From Candidatus Shapirobacteria bacterium (lineage in GTDB: Bacteria > Patescibacteriota > Microgenomatia > UBA12405), in assembly GCA_023245435.1 (NCBI GenBank), contig JAHFKH010000004.1, positions 3,714-37,958 of the forward strand: a stretch of DNA of 34,245 nt, written 5' to 3'. Each line of letters begins with the position of its first letter. The stretch's first letter is position 1. Under the pieces are notes generated by a model. It saw nothing but the letters and a program-made list of their open reading frames with translations. It did not search any database and was not told the origin of the DNA. A program made the translations under genes and the position numbers. Below, piece by piece: positions 26,793-34,245 of the stretch.

Positions 26793-26817
26793 GGCGGACA
26801 CATCGGTCCGCCCCTAC
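26793..26817 (-). repeat. GTAG-type REP element
   Basis: Reverse strand GTAG-GGGCGGAC-cgatgt-GTCCGCC. Confidence 0.75.
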
Positions 26818-26868
26818 AAATTAAAATCGATAATAAAAATTTATTGAATTTTTATGTATAATTTTATA

Positions 26869-27429
26869 ATGTCTCAATATATTAAAATCATATCATTTTC
26901 TGCCGCCTGTCTGATTTCCACTATTATCATTAATACCCCATTAAATTATTATTCCCCTCAAATTATTGCCCTATTATCAATCATCACTATTATTAGCTAC
27001 TTAATCAATAAAAAAATATACCTTACCCCCTTTATTTTTTTAATTCAAATTATTGTTTTTGCTACCGGCAGTCTTCAATCACCCCTTCTATTTTTAGAAT
27101 ATTTCCTTTTATTTTCCTTGGCCTTTAGGGAAACCCCCAAAATTATTCTTATTTACTCACTAATATTATCTGTATTTATTTCCCAATCCTTAAACGGGTT
27201 TTCATCACTCATTTATTTATTTTCCTTTTTATTTATTGCCCCACTAGCCTATTTTGTAACTCAAAACAATCAAGACAATCAAAAATTGTCATACAGTCGA
27301 GAGGAAACATTGCTGTGGCTAACCTTAGACTTAAAACAAAAACTCCAAAAATTATTACCCTCAAAACAAATTCAAAAAATTATCAATCACACCGACGAAC
27401 TAATCAAAGAGTTAGAAAAAAATGACTAA
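26869..27429 (+). CDS. Multi-pass membrane protein
   Basis: About 5-6 TM helices with TGSLQSP, then a short helical tail; TATAAT 6 nt before ATG 26869. Confidence 0.7.
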   Translation: MSQYIKIISFSAACLISTIIINTPLNYYSPQIIALLSIITIISYLINKKIYLTPFIFLIQIIVFATGSLQSPLLFLEYFLLFSLAFRETPKIILIYSLILSVFISQSLNGFSSLIYLFSFLFIAPLAYFVTQNNQDNQKLSYSREETLLWLTLDLKQKLQKLLPSKQIQKIINHTDELIKELEKND

Positions 27430-28126
27430 AATAATTTTTCTTATTTTTCTTGTTACTAGTTTTCTGTTACCTGTTACCATTCTAGCTCAACACTTTTCGT
27501 CAAATAGCTACAATATCGATTGGGGAAATTTTAATATAACTTCAGGGCGAAAAACTTCAACCAACTATAGCTTAACCGATACTGTCGGTCAAAACGCTCC
27601 TGGTGAATATAGCAAAACTGGTGTCAAAATTAAATCTGGTTTTCAATATATTTATCCTTTTGATCAATTTTCTTTTGCCGTTGATAATTTAAGTATTGAT
27701 TTTGGTGCCCTCACTCCAGGTGTGGCTTCAACCGCGACTTCAACTTTAACTATTACTTCCCCCAGTGGTCATGGTTTTCAAATATCTAGTTTTGAAAATA
27801 CACCTCTTAAGTTAAATGGTGGCACCACTATTCCTGATGTTGCCGGCGACAATAATCTAGCCTCAGAATCAACTGCCGACTTGTGGCAAAACGCCACTAC
27901 TTACGGTTTTGGATTTAATGCTAATACTACCTATTTTACCAGTAGTAATCATTTTCGCCAGTTTGCCGATTTTTCTAATTTTGAAACTCCCCAAGTTCTT
28001 GATTCATCCAACACCCCTGTCAAAAATCATCAAACCAACATTACTTACAAAGTTAACATTTCCACAAAACAGTCAGCTGGTACTTATCAAAATTATATCG
28101 TTTATATTGCCACTCCCCAATATTAA
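27422..28126 (+). CDS. Secreted beta-rich protein, WxL/pilin-like C-terminal domain
   Basis: Signal peptide; IDFG.L.PG, TIPD, W....YGFG, terminal AGTYQNYIVYIATPQY. Confidence 0.65.
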   Translation: MTKIIFLIFLVTSFLLPVTILAQHFSSNSYNIDWGNFNITSGRKTSTNYSLTDTVGQNAPGEYSKTGVKIKSGFQYIYPFDQFSFAVDNLSIDFGALTPGVASTATSTLTITSPSGHGFQISSFENTPLKLNGGTTIPDVAGDNNLASESTADLWQNATTYGFGFNANTTYFTSSNHFRQFADFSNFETPQVLDSSNTPVKNHQTNITYKVNISTKQSAGTYQNYIVYIATPQY

Positions 28127-28129
28127 ACT

Positions 28130-28942
28130 ATGGCCAACCTTTCTATTAAACCATCTAAATTAGAAATTCAGCTTCAACCCGGAGCCAGTTATACCCAAGT
28201 CTATACTATTACTAATAATGGACAGCAGTCGGTTACCCTCAGTAGTTCTGTTGATAGTTGGGTACCCCAAGGGTCACGTGGCAACATTACCTATCTTAAT
28301 TCCCCTTCCGATATAAATTTATCTCTATCTAATTCTGATTTAAAATTGGGTCAACAATTTATTTTGTTACCCAATCAAAGCCGACAGTTAGTTTTAAAAA
28401 TTCAAGTTCCCTCTGAATTAACTAATGGCGACCGCTATCTAACCTTCTTTATCAATCAAGAAGGTAGTGCCAATCTTTCAACCAATTCAACACAGCTTAT
28501 CAGACTTGGATCACATCTGCTAATATCAGTTTCTAACACTGAACAAACTTCAACCGACTTTAAAATTATTAATTTTAAAGTCAAAAATATTTTTATTGAT
28601 ACATTTTTTTCCCCAATCAAATTTTCTGGAGAAATTCAAAATCAATCTGATTATTTTAATCAAATAGACAATTCAATCACCATTACCAAAAACAATACTA
28701 TTATAAAAGAGCTAACCATTTTTCCCGATAATGTTTTGGCTCATAACTCTCGCCAAATTCGTTGTTTAGCCGATCAATCCCCAGTTGAGTGTCAATTAAG
28801 TAAACCTCTATGGCCAGGAGTATATCAAGCTTCAATTGACAAAACTACAATTTCTTTTATTGTCTTACCATATACACTATTTATAATAATCATTTTTTTG
28901 TTTATTATATTTAAAGTAATATTTAACATCAATAAAAAGTGA
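28130..28942 (+). CDS. DUF916/PapD-like Ig-fold protein with C-terminal TM
   Basis: LSIKPSKLEIQLQPG...ITNNG, paralogous to 31919-32893; no evident signal peptide. Confidence 0.6.
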   Translation: MANLSIKPSKLEIQLQPGASYTQVYTITNNGQQSVTLSSSVDSWVPQGSRGNITYLNSPSDINLSLSNSDLKLGQQFILLPNQSRQLVLKIQVPSELTNGDRYLTFFINQEGSANLSTNSTQLIRLGSHLLISVSNTEQTSTDFKIINFKVKNIFIDTFFSPIKFSGEIQNQSDYFNQIDNSITITKNNTIIKELTIFPDNVLAHNSRQIRCLADQSPVECQLSKPLWPGVYQASIDKTTISFIVLPYTLFIIIIFLFIIFKVIFNINKK

Positions 28943-30384
28943 AAACAATATTATTAATTCTATTTTTGATTTTTCCCCAAATTGCTTTAGCCTCCCCCAC
29001 CGAGTTTAAAGACACTCTTTCCTCCTCTCAACTTTCTTATTTTGCCCGACTCGACTCGGGAGTCAATACTGGTGATTCATTAATCAAAGTTGCTCTCAGT
29101 GGCAACCCCAGCAACAATACTAACAATCTTTTTGTCGGTGATACTGTTGGAATTGGCACTACTGCAACCAGTGGACCACTCACAATTTATACTATCAATG
29201 ATATTGGTAACACTGCTCTTTTCCAAATTAATTCAGGAATTGGTTCAAGCAACGCTTTTGCTGGTGCGGCCATCATTGCCACTCGTTCAGCTATCCATAC
29301 ATTTTCCTTTGTCCCTCAATCAAATTTTACCGGTGGATTTTGGGAATTTTTAATCAAAGCCACCGATACTTCTGGTGAAACTGGAAACGATGGTATTCCC
29401 GATACTAATGGTTTTGATTTAGGTGCTACCACCCCAAGTTCAGGCGCTAATGGCCTTGGCACTCGCTTAAAAATTACCGACGTTACTTGTCCCAATTGGG
29501 GTACCGGTACCACCACCGCCTATAGCGTTGGTACCACCGCTTTGGTTACCACTACCACTGGCACCACTACTTATCACGTTATTTCCTGTTATTTGGGTGT
29601 CGGTGGTACCAATTTAATTGGAGGTACGGGTTATACCCTAACTATAGGCAAAGATTTGGGTAGCGGTAGCCAACTTATTAACCCCAGCCCCAAAGACGCC
29701 AACCAAGGTTCAGCTGATGTCTATACTTTTTATATTCGTCACCGTGATTCTAGCTCGACTTTATTTGACTCCGACACAGTTCAAGGCAAAATTGCCCTAA
29801 TCGAGGCCGTTCGAGTCACTGCTATTGTCGATCCCACTATTACTTTTACGATTGACGCCATTGGGGTTGGTGTCGGCTCAACTGCCTGTAATTCACCTGC
29901 TTTTGGTACCAATGCCGCCAGCACCACTGCCACTCAAGTTTCTTTTGGTTCAGTTCCACTCGGTGTTGCCAATGATTTGGGTCAACGATTATCATGTACT
30001 ACCAACTCCAACAATGGTTATGTCGTCACCGTTTATGAAGACGGTAAAATGAAAAATATTAGCGACGGCATTACTATTCCCGATACCAATTGTGGTGGTA
30101 ATGGTTGTACTAGCAGCGGTGTTGGTACTAGCTGGACTTCATTTAATACTTCTGGTTGGGGTTATACCATTCAAAATTTAAATGTTGGTAATACTATTTT
30201 TAGCAATCCTAATTATCGACCTTTTGCCGATGGGTCCAGTAATGCTCAAGAAATAATGAAAAATACTGGCACTCCCACTACCACCGAACAAGCTTATGTT
30301 TGCTATCGTTTAACTGCTTCAACTACCCAAGAAGCCGGAAATTATGAAAATCGTTTAATTTATACGGCCACAGCCACCTTCTAA
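28939..30384 (+). CDS. Secreted Gly/Thr-rich surface protein, paralog 1
   Basis: Signal peptide; VRVTA.VDPT.TF domain start; terminal AGNYENRLIYTATATF. Confidence 0.75.
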   Translation: MKTILLILFLIFPQIALASPTEFKDTLSSSQLSYFARLDSGVNTGDSLIKVALSGNPSNNTNNLFVGDTVGIGTTATSGPLTIYTINDIGNTALFQINSGIGSSNAFAGAAIIATRSAIHTFSFVPQSNFTGGFWEFLIKATDTSGETGNDGIPDTNGFDLGATTPSSGANGLGTRLKITDVTCPNWGTGTTTAYSVGTTALVTTTTGTTTYHVISCYLGVGGTNLIGGTGYTLTIGKDLGSGSQLINPSPKDANQGSADVYTFYIRHRDSSSTLFDSDTVQGKIALIEAVRVTAIVDPTITFTIDAIGVGVGSTACNSPAFGTNAASTTATQVSFGSVPLGVANDLGQRLSCTTNSNNGYVVTVYEDGKMKNISDGITIPDTNCGGNGCTSSGVGTSWTSFNTSGWGYTIQNLNVGNTIFSNPNYRPFADGSSNAQEIMKNTGTPTTTEQAYVCYRLTASTTQEAGNYENRLIYTATATF

Positions 30385-30413
30385 TTGACTTCCAAACCAA
30401 TTGTAACTATATT
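30385..30413 (+). promoter_or_regulatory. Internal sigma70-type promoter for paralog 2
   Basis: TTGACT-17 bp-TATATT, 6 nt before GTG 30420. Confidence 0.5.
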
Positions 30414-30419
30414 TAATTA

Positions 30420-31907
30420 GTGAAAAATATTATTATTATTGTAGTTCTTATTACCGTTTCTTTTATTTCTGCTATCTATTATCCTCAGCCCATAAAATCT
30501 GCTCCCCCAACCAGCTTCAAAGACACTTTATCTTCATCTCAATTATCTTATTTTGCCCGAATTGGTACTGGTGTTAGCACTGGTGATTCTTTAATCCGAG
30601 TTGCCTTAAGTGGCAATCCCACCAATGACACTAACAATCTTTTTGTCGGTGATACTGTCGGTATCGGCACTACTGGTGTTGGAGTAGGTACTAGTGGATT
30701 ATTAACTATGTACACCGTCCGGGACATTGGTAACACTGCTTTATTTCAAATAAATAGTGCTATTGGTCAAAGTAATGCTTTTATTGGTGCTGCTATTATT
30801 GCCACTCATTCGGCTATTCATACTGTTACCTTTACTCCCCAATCAAATTTTATGGGTGGATATTGGGAAATTTTAATCAAAGCCGCCAATACTACGGGCG
30901 AAGTAATAAACGACGGTATTCCTGACACTAGTGGTTTTGATTTAGGTGCCACTACCCCCACCTCGACTGCCAACGGCGTGGGTACCCGTCTAAAAATTAC
31001 CGATGTTACTTGTCCCAATTGGGGAACTGGTACCACTACTGCTTTTAGTGTTGGTACCACTGCCATCATCGCCACCGGTGTTGGTTCAAGCGGTACTTAT
31101 CACGTTATTTCTTGTTATTTGGGTGTCGGTGGCACTAATCAAATTGGAGTTGGTTATTCCCTAGCCATCGGTAAAGATTTGGCCTCTGGTAGTCAACTTA
31201 TCAATCCTAGCCCCAAAGATGCCAACGAAGGTTCTGCTGATGTCTACACTTTTTTTATTCGCCATCGTGACTCGGCCGCTACACTGTTTGACTCAGATAC
31301 CGTCCAAGGTAAAATCGCTCTTGTTGAAGCTGTCCGAGTTACCGCTACTGTCGACCCAACTTTAACTTTTACCATTGATGCAGTTGGGGTGGGTACCGGT
31401 TCAACCGCCTGCAATTCCCCTGCTTTCGGTACTAATGCTGCCAATACTACCGCGACTCAAGTTGCTTTCGGTTCACTTTCCTTAGGAGTGGCCAACGATT
31501 TGGGTCAACGATTGTCATGCACCACCAATTCCGATAATGGTTACGTCGTTACTGTTTACGAAGATGGTAAAATGAAAAATATTGCTACGGCCACTACTAT
31601 TCCCGATACTACCTGTGGTGGTACCGGCTGTACCAGTAGTGGTGTTGGTACTAGCTGGTCTACATTTAGTGCTTCCGGCTGGGGTTATACTATTCAAAAT
31701 TTGACTGTGGGTACCTCTATTTTTACTTACGGAAATTATCGACCATTTGGAGATGGAGCTGCTAATGCTCAACAAATTTTTAAAAATACCGCTACCCCAT
31801 CAACTACCGAACAAGCTTACGTTTGTTATCGTTTAACCGCTTCGACTACTCAAGAAGCTGGAAATTATGAAAATCGTTTAATTTATACCGCTACCGCTAC
31901 TTTTTAA
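30420..31907 (+). CDS. Secreted Gly/Thr-rich surface protein, paralog 2
   Basis: Colinear and highly similar to paralog 1; identical C-terminal segment and Cys pattern. Confidence 0.75.
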   Translation: MKNIIIIVVLITVSFISAIYYPQPIKSAPPTSFKDTLSSSQLSYFARIGTGVSTGDSLIRVALSGNPTNDTNNLFVGDTVGIGTTGVGVGTSGLLTMYTVRDIGNTALFQINSAIGQSNAFIGAAIIATHSAIHTVTFTPQSNFMGGYWEILIKAANTTGEVINDGIPDTSGFDLGATTPTSTANGVGTRLKITDVTCPNWGTGTTTAFSVGTTAIIATGVGSSGTYHVISCYLGVGGTNQIGVGYSLAIGKDLASGSQLINPSPKDANEGSADVYTFFIRHRDSAATLFDSDTVQGKIALVEAVRVTATVDPTLTFTIDAVGVGTGSTACNSPAFGTNAANTTATQVAFGSLSLGVANDLGQRLSCTTNSDNGYVVTVYEDGKMKNIATATTIPDTTCGGTGCTSSGVGTSWSTFSASGWGYTIQNLTVGTSIFTYGNYRPFGDGAANAQQIFKNTATPSTTEQAYVCYRLTASTTQEAGNYENRLIYTATATF

Positions 31908-31918
31908 AAATTAAAAAA

Positions 31919-32893
31919 ATGAAAAAAATAATCCTACCCATTCTTTTTCTATTTACTAGTTTATTGTTACCAGTTTCGGTCAATGCACAAAGTGCTCTGG
32001 GTTTATCTGCTATTCCTCCTCGTTTAGAAATTACTGTCAAACCCGGTGAATCAGTCACCAAAACCATCAAAGTTAGAAACGAATCAAAAGTTGAAAAAAT
32101 TATTACCACCATAGTTAAAGATTTTATCGTTGTTGATGACTCGGGCACTCCAATTCAAATTGATAGCAAAGACGTCTCCAATCGCTGGGCCGCCTCTTCA
32201 TGGGTTCAGGTTTCCAGTGATAAATTAATCCTTAAACCCGGTGAAACTCGTAGTTTAAGTGTTACCATTATCGCCCCCGAAAACGCCCTCCCTGGTGGCC
32301 ACTATGCCATGATTCTTCACTCCCCCAACAACGATACCGTTTTATCCGAAACCGGTGCCGTTATTCAAACCAATGTTGGCACCTTGGTTTACATCACCAT
32401 TCCCGGCCAAATAAATGAAGCCGCTAATATCAAAGATTTTTCCGCTCCTTTCTTTTCCGAATATGGTCCCATACCTTTTAAAGCCATCATTACCAATTTA
32501 TCCGACGTTCATATTTCTCCCCTCGCCGTCATCAATGTTACCAATTTTCTTGGTTTAAAAACCGCTTCATTACCCTTAAGCAACATCAATATTTTTCCCT
32601 ATACTAGTCGAGAATATACCGCCACTTTAAATCGTCAATTAATGCTTGGCAAATTTAAAGCCCAACTTACAGCTATTTATGGTAGTACTGGTCAAATTGC
32701 TACTGGTACTATTTTCTTTTGGGTAATTCCCTGGAAGTTAATTATCACTTTAATTGCCATTGTTGTCATCATTATCCTCATGATCAAACTAAAAAAGATA
32801 TCCCAAAATGAAACAGGGCAATCAGTTCCCAAAATCGCTGAGTTAGAGCAAGAGTTAGAAACTCTCAAGAAAAAATATAAAGATCGAAGTTAA
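31919..32893 (+). CDS. DUF916/PapD-like Ig-fold protein with signal peptide, C-terminal TM and coiled tail
   Basis: LSAIPPRLEITVKPGESVTKTIKVRN, W......LKPGE, PGGHYAMI, N.SDVH..P, GKFKA, FWVIPW. Confidence 0.7.
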   Translation: MKKIILPILFLFTSLLLPVSVNAQSALGLSAIPPRLEITVKPGESVTKTIKVRNESKVEKIITTIVKDFIVVDDSGTPIQIDSKDVSNRWAASSWVQVSSDKLILKPGETRSLSVTIIAPENALPGGHYAMILHSPNNDTVLSETGAVIQTNVGTLVYITIPGQINEAANIKDFSAPFFSEYGPIPFKAIITNLSDVHISPLAVINVTNFLGLKTASLPLSNINIFPYTSREYTATLNRQLMLGKFKAQLTAIYGSTGQIATGTIFFWVIPWKLIITLIAIVVIIILMIKLKKISQNETGQSVPKIAELEQELETLKKKYKDRS

Positions 32894-33617
32894 TTCACCA
32901 GTTTTAGTCAGTGCCTCAATTCCCGAAAATCGTTTAATAATTTTTGGGTACACTTCACCCAACTCTCGTGTCGAACTTAGTAATCCCAATATTTTTAGTG
33001 CTACCTATAGTGACAAAGATGGTTACTTTATTTTTGATCGAATTATTATCCCCAAAGGTTCAGGTGAATATTGTTTAGTTTCCCAAGACGAGTCAAACCG
33101 CGCCAGCCCCGTGTTGTGTCTTCCTCCCCCTCCGGCTACCAACACTTTGACCAATATTGGTCCTATTGTTTTGGCTCCTACCTTATCTCAAGACAAAAAT
33201 TCCCAAACCTTAATTACTTCGGGTCAAAGTGTTCCCAACTCCACCGTTAATATTCAAATTTTTCAAGTCGAAAATAAACCTCAACTCATAAAACCGGTTG
33301 AGGCTTTTTCTTTACCTCAATTTTCCACTACTACTGATCAAAATGGTAATTTTAGTTTAAATTTACCCACCCAATATTCTTCCGAGTATCGATATTATGC
33401 TACCGTGATTACTCCAAAATCATTGGCTTCTGCCAAATCAAATATATTGTGGTATCAAAACCCAGGCCAATTTAACTACCTCCCCTTCATTTTATTTTCA
33501 ATTGCTGTCATAATTATGTTGCTAGTTATTTTTTATAAAAAACATAAAACCGCTCCAATTATTTACCATTATTATCCTGCTTTGCGGCCTCATTATTGGC
33601 CTCGTTCTCTCTTCTAG
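32877..33617 (+). CDS. Tandem Ig-like membrane-anchored protein; probable non-canonical start
   Basis: Frame open from 32859; GYTSPNSRVEL...SDKDGYF.F upstream of GTG 33111 mirrors GQSVPNSTVNI...TDQNGNFSL; C-terminal TM. Confidence 0.6.
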   Translation: MKIEVNSPVLVSASIPENRLIIFGYTSPNSRVELSNPNIFSATYSDKDGYFIFDRIIIPKGSGEYCLVSQDESNRASPVLCLPPPPATNTLTNIGPIVLAPTLSQDKNSQTLITSGQSVPNSTVNIQIFQVENKPQLIKPVEAFSLPQFSTTTDQNGNFSLNLPTQYSSEYRYYATVITPKSLASAKSNILWYQNPGQFNYLPFILFSIAVIIMLLVIFYKKHKTAPIIYHYYPALRPHYWPRSLF

Positions 33618-33957
33618 GTCAATAATTTTTCAAGGCAAAGCCACCTCGACCAATTCCAGTGTTGTCAGTGTCCAAAATTCTTATTTATTTGGCTCACCCC
33701 TAACTGCCAAAGCCGATGGTCAAGAAAAAATCAGATTAACCATATTTTTATTAGATTCTCGGGGACTAGGGGTTAGTAATCAAAAAGTAACCATCATTGC
33801 TCCTCCTACACTGGTTTTGACCAACATTCAAGCCATTACCGATGATACCGGCAAAGCTATTTTTGATTCGACTTCTAATACCGCCACCACCTATCAAATT
33901 TCCGCCTCCACCGGCGATCAAATTCTCCCTCAAAAAGTTAAGATAACCTTTTATTGA
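33535..33957 (+). CDS. Big_1 (invasin/intimin-type Ig) protein with N-terminal TM; probable ATA start, absent from the ORF track
   Basis: IKNIKPLQLFTIIILLCGLIIGLVL...SPLTAKADGQEKIRLTIFLLDSRGLGVSNQKV...TDDTGKAIF...QKVKITFY*. Confidence 0.75.
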   Translation: MKNIKPLQLFTIIILLCGLIIGLVLSSRSIIFQGKATSTNSSVVSVQNSYLFGSPLTAKADGQEKIRLTIFLLDSRGLGVSNQKVTIIAPPTLVLTNIQAITDDTGKAIFDSTSNTATTYQISASTGDQILPQKVKITFY

Positions 33958-33987
33958 TCTCAGATGTCAGATATCAGATCTCAGAAA
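33954..33987 (+). repeat. TCAGATN heptamer array upstream of the four-helix-bundle gene
   Basis: ttgatc tcagatg tcagata tcagatc tcagaaa. Confidence 0.8.
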
Positions 33988-34015
33988 AACAAAAAATGAT
34001 GATAAAGTTAATGTA

Positions 34016-34245
34016 GTGGAAGATAATAAATTCGAGAAACTAAAAGTATGGCAACTAGCACACGAATTAACTTTAAATATATATAAAATAACTAAAACAT
34101 TTCCTCAAGATGAAAAATATTCTTTAGTTGATCAAATCAAAAGATCATCAAGTTCTGTTCCAACCAATATAGTTGAGGGTAATGAAAGGAAAACAAGAAA
34201 CGAGTACGTTCAATTTTTATATATTGCAAAAGGCTCAATTGCCGA
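34016..34245 (+). CDS. Four-helix-bundle protein (23S rRNA IVP/Avd-like family), 3' truncated
   Basis: From GTG 34016: MEDNKFEKLKVWQLAHELTLNIYKITKTFPQDEKYSLVDQIKRSSSSVPTNIVEG...FLYIAKGS. Confidence 0.92.
   Translation, partial: MEDNKFEKLKVWQLAHELTLNIYKITKTFPQDEKYSLVDQIKRSSSSVPTNIVEGNERKTRNEYVQFLYIAKGSIA

Noticed and set aside
107..32148. Short antisense or alternate-frame ORFs in the track (e.g. 107-346, 9470-9844, 9992-10264, 19317-19700, 31244-31444)
   Set aside because: They overlap well-supported genes and show no recognisable motifs.
28939..34245. Diversity-generating retroelement (paralogs as TR/VR plus an Avd-like gene)
   Set aside because: Both copies are full ORFs differing mostly at synonymous sites, not adenine-specifically, and no reverse transcriptase is in the window.

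Overview
Low-GC bacterial chromosome segment. Gene content suggests Patescibacteria/CPR, Microgenomates-like (inference): shortened L1, split comEC, mostly leaderless genes. Housekeeping genes include rplA (5' truncated), rplJ-rplL with an L10 leader, ddl, murF, murB, a divergent mreB, pyrG, ruvCAB, leuS, comEA-comEC and tRNA-Pro(CGG) plus tRNA-Arg(CCT), interspersed with small accessory genes. The right end (27.4-34.0 kb) is a co-directional cluster of secreted beta-rich proteins with two DUF916/PapD-like partners, a candidate usher-less surface filament system, followed by a truncated four-helix-bundle (23S-IVP/Avd-like) gene. The most unusual signals are: (i) ~35-nt heptamer tandem arrays, one just upstream of the four-helix-bundle gene and others read in-frame inside leuS (3x) and ruvA; (ii) several REP-like palindrome families, one an 87-nt in-frame insertion in pyrG; (iii) a single-gene cassette bounded by an exact 18-bp direct repeat; (iv) pervasive -10-box-plus-start-codon leaderless architecture and probable ATA/ATC starts.
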